Below are positions 29,220 to 36,972 of a DNA stretch of 64,000 nt, in pieces (position 1 is the stretch's first letter; each line of letters starts with the position of its first letter). This DNA is from an uncultured Gammaproteobacteria bacterium (GTDB lineage: Bacteria > Patescibacteriota > Patescibacteriia > Magasanikbacterales > UBA922). The stretch is taken from contig CAZMEW010000002.1 of the NCBI GenBank assembly GCA_964565405.1, positions 20,918 through 84,917 on the forward strand. The letters are read 5' to 3'. Both the position numbers and the translations under genes were made by a program. A model generated the notes under the pieces. The model was not told the DNA's origin and did no database searches. It saw nothing but the letters and a program-made list of their open reading frames with translations.

Positions 29220-30557
29220 GTGAGAAAAATAAAATCATTGCTACACAAATTGCACAATTTTTGTTTTCTATTTGGGAAAAAGAACTATTACATAACGGCA
29301 ATCAAGCTGCCGCCTCAAAGTCAGGTTTTCCGAGAGATTATCCTGGCAATGGGACGGCAACTTGATAGTCGACCAAAATCTCTCGGTATGGTCGACACAA
29401 TACGTCTTAAAATAGAGTCTTTTAATGCCCTAGATATGGGCTATTTTAACGAAGTACGAAAAAGAAGCGCAACCGATGAGATGAGAAATATAACCAAACA
29501 AATAACACGTACGAATAATAAATTTAGAAAACATAGACAAGATAAGGGGCTATATACTCCTAAATTTCAGATTGAAGAAAATTACTATGGGACAATAATG
29601 AAGAAAACACTTGTATTGGAATTGTCCTTGCCAAAATTTGTTTTTGGAACAAATCTACATGAGCTTACTCAAGCGGATTGGCTTGATACAGTACAAAAAC
29701 TCCTCTTCTTTTTAAAAGAAATAAAAGTTGAAGTATTTGAACAAGATATTATGCAGGCAATTGTAACAAGTATATCTTATTCAAGAAATTTAGATATAAC
29801 TGAAATCTGTACTGGTCAGCAAGCAATACGTCATCTTGCGCCATTTAATTATCGTCCGAGGTCTGATTATAATTATGTAATTCGTGAGCAAAAAAATGGT
29901 GGATCATATATTAAATACTTCAATAATTGCACATCCCTGATAATTTACGATAAATTACCTGAAATTGCGTACAATCCGGTAACCGCGATTGAAAAGGAAA
30001 TTGCAGAAATATGGAAAAGGCGAAGGGCAGGAGAATTTCCACAACGTGTGAAGGAGTATATTAGAGTGGAGGTAAGTTTACAGGACAAGGTGTCAATTAA
30101 ACAGGCAGTTCGTTCGGTAAATGGTCTAATACAAAATTCATTTACATTTAAAGAACTTTTTAATCAAGAACTAAGTAATCAGATTCTTCGCAAAGAGATT
30201 GATAGCGTTTTTAATCATTCATTACAAAAACCTATTCTACTATCTACCTATGACAGACCAACTGTACAGGCTTTACTGACTAAAAAGTTTCCTAGATTTA
30301 ATGAACGAATGAAAGTCGCAGGTTTTGTTGAAAAGTTACGGATTGAAAATATGGGGTTAAAAGAGCTCCGTAAGACTATGATAGATGGTTCCTGTGAACG
30401 AACTTGGTTTCGTTGGCAGAAAAAACTTAAAGAGCTTTTCGACGACATAGAACTCCGAGATTTAAAAATTTCAGAAACTCTCAGATCGGCTGATATTTTG
30501 AACTTTATTTTGAAAGAATTTAATTTAAAAGATAAAAAACAGCTATCACTTTTCTAG
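29220..30557 (+). CDS. replication-initiator-like protein (phage/plasmid gene II/X type, rolling-circle); probable start ATG 29388
   Basis: MVDTIRLKI start, ELSLPKFVFGTNL, IIYDK and IRVEV resemble the 'S.PK...G.N', 'YDK' and 'R.E' motifs of gpII/X-type initiators. Recognised by eye. Confidence 0.6.
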   Translation: MRKIKSLLHKLHNFCFLFGKKNYYITAIKLPPQSQVFREIILAMGRQLDSRPKSLGMVDTIRLKIESFNALDMGYFNEVRKRSATDEMRNITKQITRTNNKFRKHRQDKGLYTPKFQIEENYYGTIMKKTLVLELSLPKFVFGTNLHELTQADWLDTVQKLLFFLKEIKVEVFEQDIMQAIVTSISYSRNLDITEICTGQQAIRHLAPFNYRPRSDYNYVIREQKNGGSYIKYFNNCTSLIIYDKLPEIAYNPVTAIEKEIAEIWKRRRAGEFPQRVKEYIRVEVSLQDKVSIKQAVRSVNGLIQNSFTFKELFNQELSNQILRKEIDSVFNHSLQKPILLSTYDRPTVQALLTKKFPRFNERMKVAGFVEKLRIENMGLKELRKTMIDGSCERTWFRWQKKLKELFDDIELRDLKISETLRSADILNFILKEFNLKDKKQLSLF

Positions 30558-30558
30558 T

Positions 30559-32121
30559 TTAGTTTTCTTCCTTCAGATTTGCAAAATACTCTCTTGCTTT
30601 CAGATTTATATAGTAATCACAATAGAGTTTCATAGCTATAACCTCAGTTAGGGTTATAGGGTGACTTTTCTCATGTTTTACATCAGCTTGAAGTGCGGTA
30701 GCAAGAGTTAAAGTTTTATCTAAATCCTTCATTTCTCCAATTTTACTAAGTTGTTTTTTGATAACTTCTCTAAAATCACTTATACCATCCCAATCGCCAA
30801 AGATAATCGTAGCGTTTTTGAGAGCTTTGTAAAAACTGTCAAATGCATTTGCCTCAAGTTGTAAGTGTATGTCAACTTTGCTGAAACAAGTGAGCCCCAT
30901 AGCATACTCTTTCAAAAAACTCTCTAGTTTTTTAGATTCCATCATGAAAAACGTAATAATATCGTAGGTTTTTCTTGCCGCGTTTTGGTCAAGTACTAGT
31001 CTTGCTTCATCAAAACCCACATGCAATCGTTTATGAGGTGAAACGACCAATTTTACACCACCGTTTGGGTCAGCTTCAAGATCAACAATATCTACATAAT
31101 AAGTGGATATATCCTTCTGTACATTCCACCAAAAAATACCTAAAGTCCCAACATTAAATGCGAGCACCACTGTCTTTGCCATAAAGAAACCGTGCTCCCA
31201 TACATAACTAGTATGAAGACCTTTCGGTAACGTAAGATCGATAAGAAGCTCGCCTTTTGTGAGTTTATTAGGGTCTTTACGGTTAGACTTATAGATCTTT
31301 ATACCCTCAACACCTTTATTCCAATCGGCAAACGCGTTATTCCGGATCGTATGAGAGGGGGTTTGGATTCGGATACGCATTCTATATTTTGGTGCGAAGG
31401 CTTCTTCACCTTCTGGCTTTTCCCGTTGCATTTCTTTCTGGGCATATTCTCGCATCGCAATCTCATTTTGACGATAGACTTCATGTAACCATTTAATCCA
31501 TTCCTTACCGTTTCCAAGTTCACCTAGTTTTTTTAAAGATAAGGGACCAAATATCTGTTTACGATACTCAGTATCTTCTGCTGCAGAAAAAAACCATATA
31601 ATTTCCTCAATATCACCATTTTCAAATGGTTTCAATTCAGTTGTCTTCTCAATTTCAAGTCGCGTACGTGTCAATCCAATAATCATCCGTGCTTCATCTT
31701 CCTTAACTCGCTTATTTATTGGTAAGGGATTTTGAGGATCTGTATAAAGCGACTCAAGTCGTCGCTCATGCAGATTGAGTGCTAAATGACGAGTTTTTTC
31801 AATGATTTCTTTTGTGAATTTTACATCGCGTAATATGTCTGCACCCCATATCGCCCAAAAAAGTTTTTTAACATGATCATCCATCGCACCTACAAGCTCT
31901 TCTCTTTCGGGGCGCATAGCAAAGCTCATATAGTTGATTGTTGACAATATAGATTTACCAATTTCTTCTAGTGCTAAAAGAGCAAGATGGAAACAAATGT
32001 GGTCTGCATTTTTTCCAATCTCATTTTCGGCCATGGACAGGAGTGCTTCTGCATTTGCAAGACACATTTCTCGCATTATTTTAAGTTTTTCATATTTTTC
32101 TTCGTGTTTCATAAATTTCAT
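30559..32121 (-). CDS. AbiV-family (HEPN) domain protein with long C-terminal extension
   Basis: NAEALL..AE, LALLALEEIGK, DH.KKL and RR..SLYTD match the AbiV/HEPN pattern. Start uncertain (32157, 32121 or 32112). Confidence 0.7.
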   Translation of the reverse strand: MKFMKHEEKYEKLKIMREMCLANAEALLSMAENEIGKNADHICFHLALLALEEIGKSILSTINYMSFAMRPEREELVGAMDDHVKKLFWAIWGADILRDVKFTKEIIEKTRHLALNLHERRLESLYTDPQNPLPINKRVKEDEARMIIGLTRTRLEIEKTTELKPFENGDIEEIIWFFSAAEDTEYRKQIFGPLSLKKLGELGNGKEWIKWLHEVYRQNEIAMREYAQKEMQREKPEGEEAFAPKYRMRIRIQTPSHTIRNNAFADWNKGVEGIKIYKSNRKDPNKLTKGELLIDLTLPKGLHTSYVWEHGFFMAKTVVLAFNVGTLGIFWWNVQKDISTYYVDIVDLEADPNGGVKLVVSPHKRLHVGFDEARLVLDQNAARKTYDIITFFMMESKKLESFLKEYAMGLTCFSKVDIHLQLEANAFDSFYKALKNATIIFGDWDGISDFREVIKKQLSKIGEMKDLDKTLTLATALQADVKHEKSHPITLTEVIAMKLYCDYYINLKAREYFANLKEEN

Positions 32122-32232
32122 CAAGATGTATAAATTGAAGTACACGAAATATAACAAAACTTGCTAAATTGAGCAAAAATGGTAGTATATTCATGTCTGC
32201 CTACAATTTCACCGAGAGTTTATTTTTTTAAA

Positions 32233-32360
32233 GGACTATTAAGACTGTCTTGTCTTATCCGTTTTATTGCGGATAAAGATGGGCAGTCAACCTCCACAAA
32301 ACGGAAAGTCCTTGGACTCTCTGTGAATAGTGGGCAGACCGGTTTGGCTGCCCTTTTTTG
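32233..32360 (+). ncRNA. candidate structured RNA or leader, divergent from the AbiV-like gene
   Basis: Long hairpin GACTGTCT..TCTTATCCG/CGGATAAAGA..GGGCAGTC, then terminator GGGCAG-accggtttgg-CTGCCC-T6. Weak upstream promoter TTGCTA-16-TAGTAT. Confidence 0.4.
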
Positions 32361-32390
32361 TTTTTATATTTAATTCTTCACTTTTCCGAT

Positions 32391-33116
32391 ATGGATAAAC
32401 CACAAGCTAACCACTCGCCGAAGAAACCATTTTATAAAACATGGTGGTTCGGTGTTATCATTCTTGGATGTATCATAGTTTCATTCAGTTCAAACTCTTC
32501 TAACGATAACATTTCGACTCAGCCGCCCGTACACCAACCTAATACACCAGTTGAGCAGACTGTCGTACCCACCGTAACCGATAAAACCCCCGCTAAAACA
32601 ACAGTAACACCCGCAGCCAAGAAAGACGAGCCTGTTACCGATGTAACCGCCCAGACAACCCAAAATACAGACCCTCAAAACCAGACAGGTTCAAACGTCT
32701 ACGATCAGATACGAAAAAGAGCACAGGAGAAATGGCCGAACGACCCTGACATGCAAGAATACACGTACGATAATCAAAAGGCTGCATACGAACAATTTTC
32801 ACTGATTACCGCGTATCCCAATATCAAAGCTCAAGCGGTTTCGAAGTGGCCGACGGACTACGAAATGCAAGTCTATATGTATAATGAACAAAAAACGGCA
32901 TATGAGCGAATGGAGATGATCACCAAATACCCGGAAATAAAAACATATGCCCAAAACAAATGGCCAACTGATTACAGTATGCAGGTCTACACCTATGATA
33001 ATCAGGTTACCGCTTATGAAACTATGCTTAATTATCCCAACAGTCCTAAAAAATCTGCCGCTCAGCGCAAATGGCCAAAAGACTATGAGATGCAGGTGTA
33101 TGAATATCAAAATTAG
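32391..33116 (+). CDS. membrane-anchored surface protein with ~38-aa KWPxDYxMQxY repeats
   Basis: KKPFYKTWWF anchor plus TM, Pro/Thr-rich stalk, 3.5 repeats. Confidence 0.8.
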   Translation: MDKPQANHSPKKPFYKTWWFGVIILGCIIVSFSSNSSNDNISTQPPVHQPNTPVEQTVVPTVTDKTPAKTTVTPAAKKDEPVTDVTAQTTQNTDPQNQTGSNVYDQIRKRAQEKWPNDPDMQEYTYDNQKAAYEQFSLITAYPNIKAQAVSKWPTDYEMQVYMYNEQKTAYERMEMITKYPEIKTYAQNKWPTDYSMQVYTYDNQVTAYETMLNYPNSPKKSAAQRKWPKDYEMQVYEYQN

Positions 33117-33247
33117 CTATCTTTTTGATTAGGTAGCACCTCCTCTCGTTTACTCTCCAATTGTCCCGCTTCAAGCATCATCGCTACATCAATAGGTGCT
33201 CGTACTTCGTGAGTAGTTCTTCATACTCATATGAGCTAATTCTAGCC

Positions 33248-33276
33248 TTGACAACAAGGATTTTTTGTGTTATTAT
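33248..33276 (+). promoter_or_regulatory. sigma70 promoter of the zinc protease gene
   Basis: TTGACA-17 bp-TATTAT. GAGGAGG RBS before ATG 33304. Confidence 0.65.
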
Positions 33277-33303
33277 CTCATGTTCCAAAACAGAGGAGGA
33301 TTC

Positions 33304-34002
33304 ATGGAACAACGAGTGATGAAGTACACGGAATGGGTAGGTTATTTTGAGGGGTGGGCTCAGCTAAAACTCCGCGGCCAGACATCCGATTCTCCGGGCA
33401 TCATCCCTCGGTGGACTGAGACTCGTGAGATTCGGGTGATGTGGGAAGAGGGCATCACTGATGACACGGGCGAGTTCGTAGTTCGAGAAATCGCGCAATG
33501 GATTCGTGAGCTTTGTCTCGGTCTTGAGTTCACCGTGGTGCCGTATGGCACCGGATGGCGTGAAGCAGGACGGCGCGTCAGCGTCACCGACTACATCCGC
33601 CCCGCACTGCTTCCGAGCGGTGTCGACTATGAACAGCTTTTTCGGCTGTCGTACCATGAGCCGTATCGACGTGTGCACCAACACGCAGACGTCTACATCA
33701 TGAAACGACCGTTTCATGATGACACGGTTTCGTGGGGATGCTCGATCTTCGAGTACGGTTGTCTACTATTGACGCTTCACGGCGGTCGACAGAACAACCG
33801 GGATTTCTTGCGCGGCGTGGTACGCCATGAACTCGGCCATCTCTTCGGGATGCCGATTCACTGTGACCATGTCGGTGTCGAAGGATGGGCCTACGACTCA
33901 TCCTGCAACATGCACTACGCGGTACCGTCTTCCAGACTGTGTCCGAAGTGTCGCTCTCTCCTTCATCTCTGGTGGCAGCACATCAAAGCTGCTCTCCGAT
34001 GA
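33304..34002 (+). CDS. zinc metalloprotease, archaemetzincin-like
   Basis: HELGHLFGMPIHC (HExxHxxGxxxH), Met-turn CNM and LCPKC. Looks more GC-rich than its neighbours. Confidence 0.75.
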   Translation: MEQRVMKYTEWVGYFEGWAQLKLRGQTSDSPGIIPRWTETREIRVMWEEGITDDTGEFVVREIAQWIRELCLGLEFTVVPYGTGWREAGRRVSVTDYIRPALLPSGVDYEQLFRLSYHEPYRRVHQHADVYIMKRPFHDDTVSWGCSIFEYGCLLLTLHGGRQNNRDFLRGVVRHELGHLFGMPIHCDHVGVEGWAYDSSCNMHYAVPSSRLCPKCRSLLHLWWQHIKAALR

Positions 34003-34250
34003 AGATGACCCTGATGCGTCGTGCATCTGGCTGAACCCCTCGGGGCTCGCTACATCGCACGCGCATCGGGGGACAGTCAAAAATACATCACACCTGTGGT
34101 GTCTTTTTGTTTATAATTATAATGTACCCCCACTAAATAAGTATTTCTCCAATAAGTATGACAAAAGTGTCAGTAGTTTATAGTGGTTTTGGCTAAAATA
34201 CTTGATTTTTAATAGAGGTTAGAACATACTGAGATAAACATTCTTCACCT

Positions 34251-35849
34251 ATGTCTAAAGAAAAAATCTCTCAAGCAACACTATCTAGGGCAGCTGCATA
34301 TATTCGAGAGAGTACCGAGGAACAGGATAAGGGATACTCACCGGATAACCAAAAAGAGACTATTTTAAGGTATGCCAGACAAAATGGGATTGAGGTAGTA
34401 GAGTGGTACAAGGACCTATTTACTGGGCGTAGTGCAGAAAAAAGAATTGATTTTCAACGAATGATTGCAGACGCAATGATGAAGAAATTTGACGTTATTT
34501 TGATATTTCATAGCTCTCGATTTGCACGAAATGTAGAAGAGTCACAGCAGTATAAAAAGTTACTGCGTAATAAATTAGGAATTAATGTTGTTTCGGTAAC
34601 ACAAAATTTTGGTGACCCTGACGATCCCGGCTCCTTCCTTAATGAAGGAATAAACGAATTGTTTGATGAACATGTATCGAGGAATATCGGTTTCTGGGTT
34701 GGTACGAGTTTAATGGCAAAACGACAAAAGGGTTATCAATTAGGAAATCCACCGCTTGGGTATTACAAAAAGAAGATAGGGTATGATAAAGAAAGAGATC
34801 GGGTGATGTATGAAGGGGTGTGGCGTGTAGAAACAGACGAAGCAAAGCTCGTAAACCAGATTTTCAATTTGTATATCGGAGGAAACATGTCCTTTGCTGA
34901 TATAGCGGCAGAGTTAAATAAAAATGGTGGTAAAACAAAACATGGACATCCTTTCACCTATAGCTCAATTAAAGATACGTTAAATAATCGTTCATATCTT
35001 GGTTACACATATTCTCCCCGTAGAAACTACCCAGAATTACGAGCGAAACATAAGCCAATTATAACTGAAGAGTTATTTAATAAGGCACAGGAAGTGCTCA
35101 ACGACCGTAGACGTTCGAAGGGTCGTTCAACTGCAAAACATAGGTTCTATTTTTTGCAGAGTTTAGTGTTTTGTTACGGTTGCTATAAGCATTTGAAAGG
35201 AAAAGAAAATAATCCATCGGCCCGGCTTTTGCCAAAAATGTACTGTGTCACACAGCCTTCAGATGGTAAGGAGTACTACAGTTATGCCTGTAAATATCGT
35301 CGTGAGAATCATAGCTGTAAGCAGAAGAGTGTTAAATGCGAGACGATTGATGATGAGGTTAGTACGTATTTAGAAGGCTTTACACTGCCTAAAGATGTTA
35401 TCGAGGATACCATCTCACAGGTACGGGAGATGATTCAGTCTGCAAAAAAGACGCCTGATATGGTAGGGCGCATCAAACGCTTGGAAGAAAAGAAGAAGAA
35501 AATTGAATTTATATTCACTAATACGTCAGAATTGAGTGAGGAACAATACTTAGGTAAGTTAGAGGAGGTGAATATCGAATTAAATAAGTATTCTCAATTC
35601 GACCGGGTAGCAAGTAATGCACGGCGTGAAGAAGAATTCATTAAAAAAACCGAGCGTTTGCTCGGGGATTTCAAATCTCTGTGGGATACGTTTGATAAGG
35701 TTGAACGACGAAGGTGGGCAATGATGACGTTGAGGCGTGTGTGGGTAAAAGATGGAAAAGTCTATGCAATCGAACCGCAAGAGGAGTATAAGCCATTATT
35801 TGTTGCACATAGGGAAGTCTTGGGTCGAGCGGAATTGAACCCGTGCTAG
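34251..35849 (+). CDS. large serine recombinase (integrase)
   Basis: AAAYIRESTEEQ catalytic Ser motif, SSRFAR, PPLGY, recombinase domain, Zn ribbon (CYGC...YAC...SC) and coiled coil. The last codons cross the att junction. Confidence 0.95.
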   Translation: MSKEKISQATLSRAAAYIRESTEEQDKGYSPDNQKETILRYARQNGIEVVEWYKDLFTGRSAEKRIDFQRMIADAMMKKFDVILIFHSSRFARNVEESQQYKKLLRNKLGINVVSVTQNFGDPDDPGSFLNEGINELFDEHVSRNIGFWVGTSLMAKRQKGYQLGNPPLGYYKKKIGYDKERDRVMYEGVWRVETDEAKLVNQIFNLYIGGNMSFADIAAELNKNGGKTKHGHPFTYSSIKDTLNNRSYLGYTYSPRRNYPELRAKHKPIITEELFNKAQEVLNDRRRSKGRSTAKHRFYFLQSLVFCYGCYKHLKGKENNPSARLLPKMYCVTQPSDGKEYYSYACKYRRENHSCKQKSVKCETIDDEVSTYLEGFTLPKDVIEDTISQVREMIQSAKKTPDMVGRIKRLEEKKKKIEFIFTNTSELSEEQYLGKLEEVNIELNKYSQFDRVASNARREEEFIKKTERLLGDFKSLWDTFDKVERRRWAMMTLRRVWVKDGKVYAIEPQEEYKPLFVAHREVLGRAELNPC

Positions 35850-35891
35850 GAGAGCCACAATCTCCTGTGCTACCATTACACCATAGCCACC
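35831..35891 (-). pseudogene. 5' fragment of the interrupted host tRNA-His(GTG) (right att junction)
   Basis: Minus strand G-GTGGCTA-TG-GTGT-AATGGTA-GCAC-A-GGAGA-TTGTGGC-TCTCC-TAGC-ACGGG-TTCAATT-CC, then unrelated element sequence. The T-stem and acceptor stem cannot close. Confidence 0.92.
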
Positions 35892-35924
35892 CCTAAATTG
35901 ACCTCAAATCAAATTGTGGAGACG

Positions 35925-35953
35925 AGTATACGTCAAAATAAGGCTTTTGTCAA
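35925..35953 (-). promoter_or_regulatory. host tRNA-His promoter
   Basis: Minus strand TTGACA-17 bp-TATACT about 33 nt upstream of the tRNA 5' fragment. Confidence 0.75.
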
Positions 35954-36022
35954 CGACAAGTATAACACAACCCTGCACCATATAGTGCAGGGTTTGGATA
36001 AAATAGTAGAGATTTTTGCGTA

Positions 36023-36754
36023 TTAACCTTTCTTCTCGAATGATCGAAGAACTTCAAGTGGGACTGCAAATATTATTGTGTTGGATTGATCAGAGCTCAC
36101 GTCATTGATCGTACTCAATGTTCGAAGATGTAGAGCTCCAGGGCTACTAGAAAGCATTGCAGCGGCTTTGGAGATATTTTCTGCGGCTGCGATTTCTCCT
36201 TCTGCCTTGATAATGACAGCCCGTTTCTCACGCTCAGCTTCTGCCTGTTTTGCGATCACACGCTGCATGTCATCAGGGAGGGTAATATCTTTTAGTTCAA
36301 CGGTTTCAACCTTGATACCCCAGACATCGGTCGCGACATCGATCAGCTCTTTAATTTTTTTTGCAGCTTCCTCACGATTTGCTAAAAGCTGGTCAAGTTC
36401 AAGTTGTCCGACCACATTTCGCATGGTGGTCTGTGCAAGCTGGGAAACAGCAAACCAGAAATTTTCTACTTCAAGCACGGCTTTTGCAGCGTCGGCTACG
36501 CGGTAATAAATAACAGCATTAATTTTTGCAGACACATTATCCTTGGTTATTGCCTCTTGATAAGGCACATCCACTGCTTTGGTACGGATATCTACTTTCT
36601 GCATACTCTGGATAACCGGGAAAACAAGTCTCCACCCTGGTTCAACGATTTTCGTATACTTACCCAACTGAAATTTGACCCCACGTTGGTATTGGTTTAC
36701 CTGGCGAATACTGATAAACACAAGGAACACTGCGATCGCTATGAGTACCCACAT
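36023..36754 (-). CDS. SPFH/band 7 (stomatin-like) protein
   Basis: QEAITKDNV, LAQTTMRNVVG, WGIKV..VELKD and QAEAEREKRA..I.AEGE. Confidence 0.93.
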   Translation of the reverse strand: MWVLIAIAVFLVFISIRQVNQYQRGVKFQLGKYTKIVEPGWRLVFPVIQSMQKVDIRTKAVDVPYQEAITKDNVSAKINAVIYYRVADAAKAVLEVENFWFAVSQLAQTTMRNVVGQLELDQLLANREEAAKKIKELIDVATDVWGIKVETVELKDITLPDDMQRVIAKQAEAEREKRAVIIKAEGEIAAAENISKAAAMLSSSPGALHLRTLSTINDVSSDQSNTIIFAVPLEVLRSFEKKG

Positions 36755-36862
36755 ATTGAGTTACATAAGAATTATACGGATAGTATTGCGTAATCAGGCC
36801 ATAATTGCAAGAGAGTGGTTGTCATAACAAAAATCCGCTTTTAATGACGGATTTTGTATATG

Positions 36863-36934
36863 TGAGCCCAGCAGGAATCGAACCTGCGTATCCAGCTTAG
36901 AAGGCTAGTGTTCTATCCACTGAACTATGGGCTC
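36863..36934 (-). tRNA. tRNA-Arg(TCT)
   Basis: GAGCCCA/TGGGCTC acceptor stem, anticodon arm CTAGC-CTTCTAA-GCTGG, T-arm GCAGG-TTCGATT-CCTGC. Confidence 0.95.
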
Positions 36935-36972
36935 ATGGATGTGGGAGAGTGTAATCGTAAATCGACCATTTG

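Larger units (their letters stand above)
26358..35832. mobile_element. 9,475-bp integrative element inserted by a serine integrase into tRNA-His
   Basis: Bounded by the two halves of a tRNA-His gene. Shared GG dinucleotide at 26356-57 and 35831-32. Element ends form a 22-bp imperfect inverted repeat (17/22) symmetric about that GG. Contains an integrase, a Rep and accessory genes. Confidence 0.9.

Noticed and set aside
32730-33110. CRISPR-like nucleotide repeats
   Set aside because: These are degenerate ~114-bp coding repeats of the KWPxDY protein unit.
35819-35891. A second intact tRNA-His gene
   Set aside because: The sequence after the T-loop (CCGCTCGACCCA) cannot pair with the T-stem or acceptor stem; the missing piece is at 26345-26357.
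27826-35891. The two tRNA-His-like sequences as attL/attR direct repeats or an inversion substrate
   Set aside because: They are inverted and only about 80% identical. The real junctions are defined by the split host tRNA and the symmetric attP arms.
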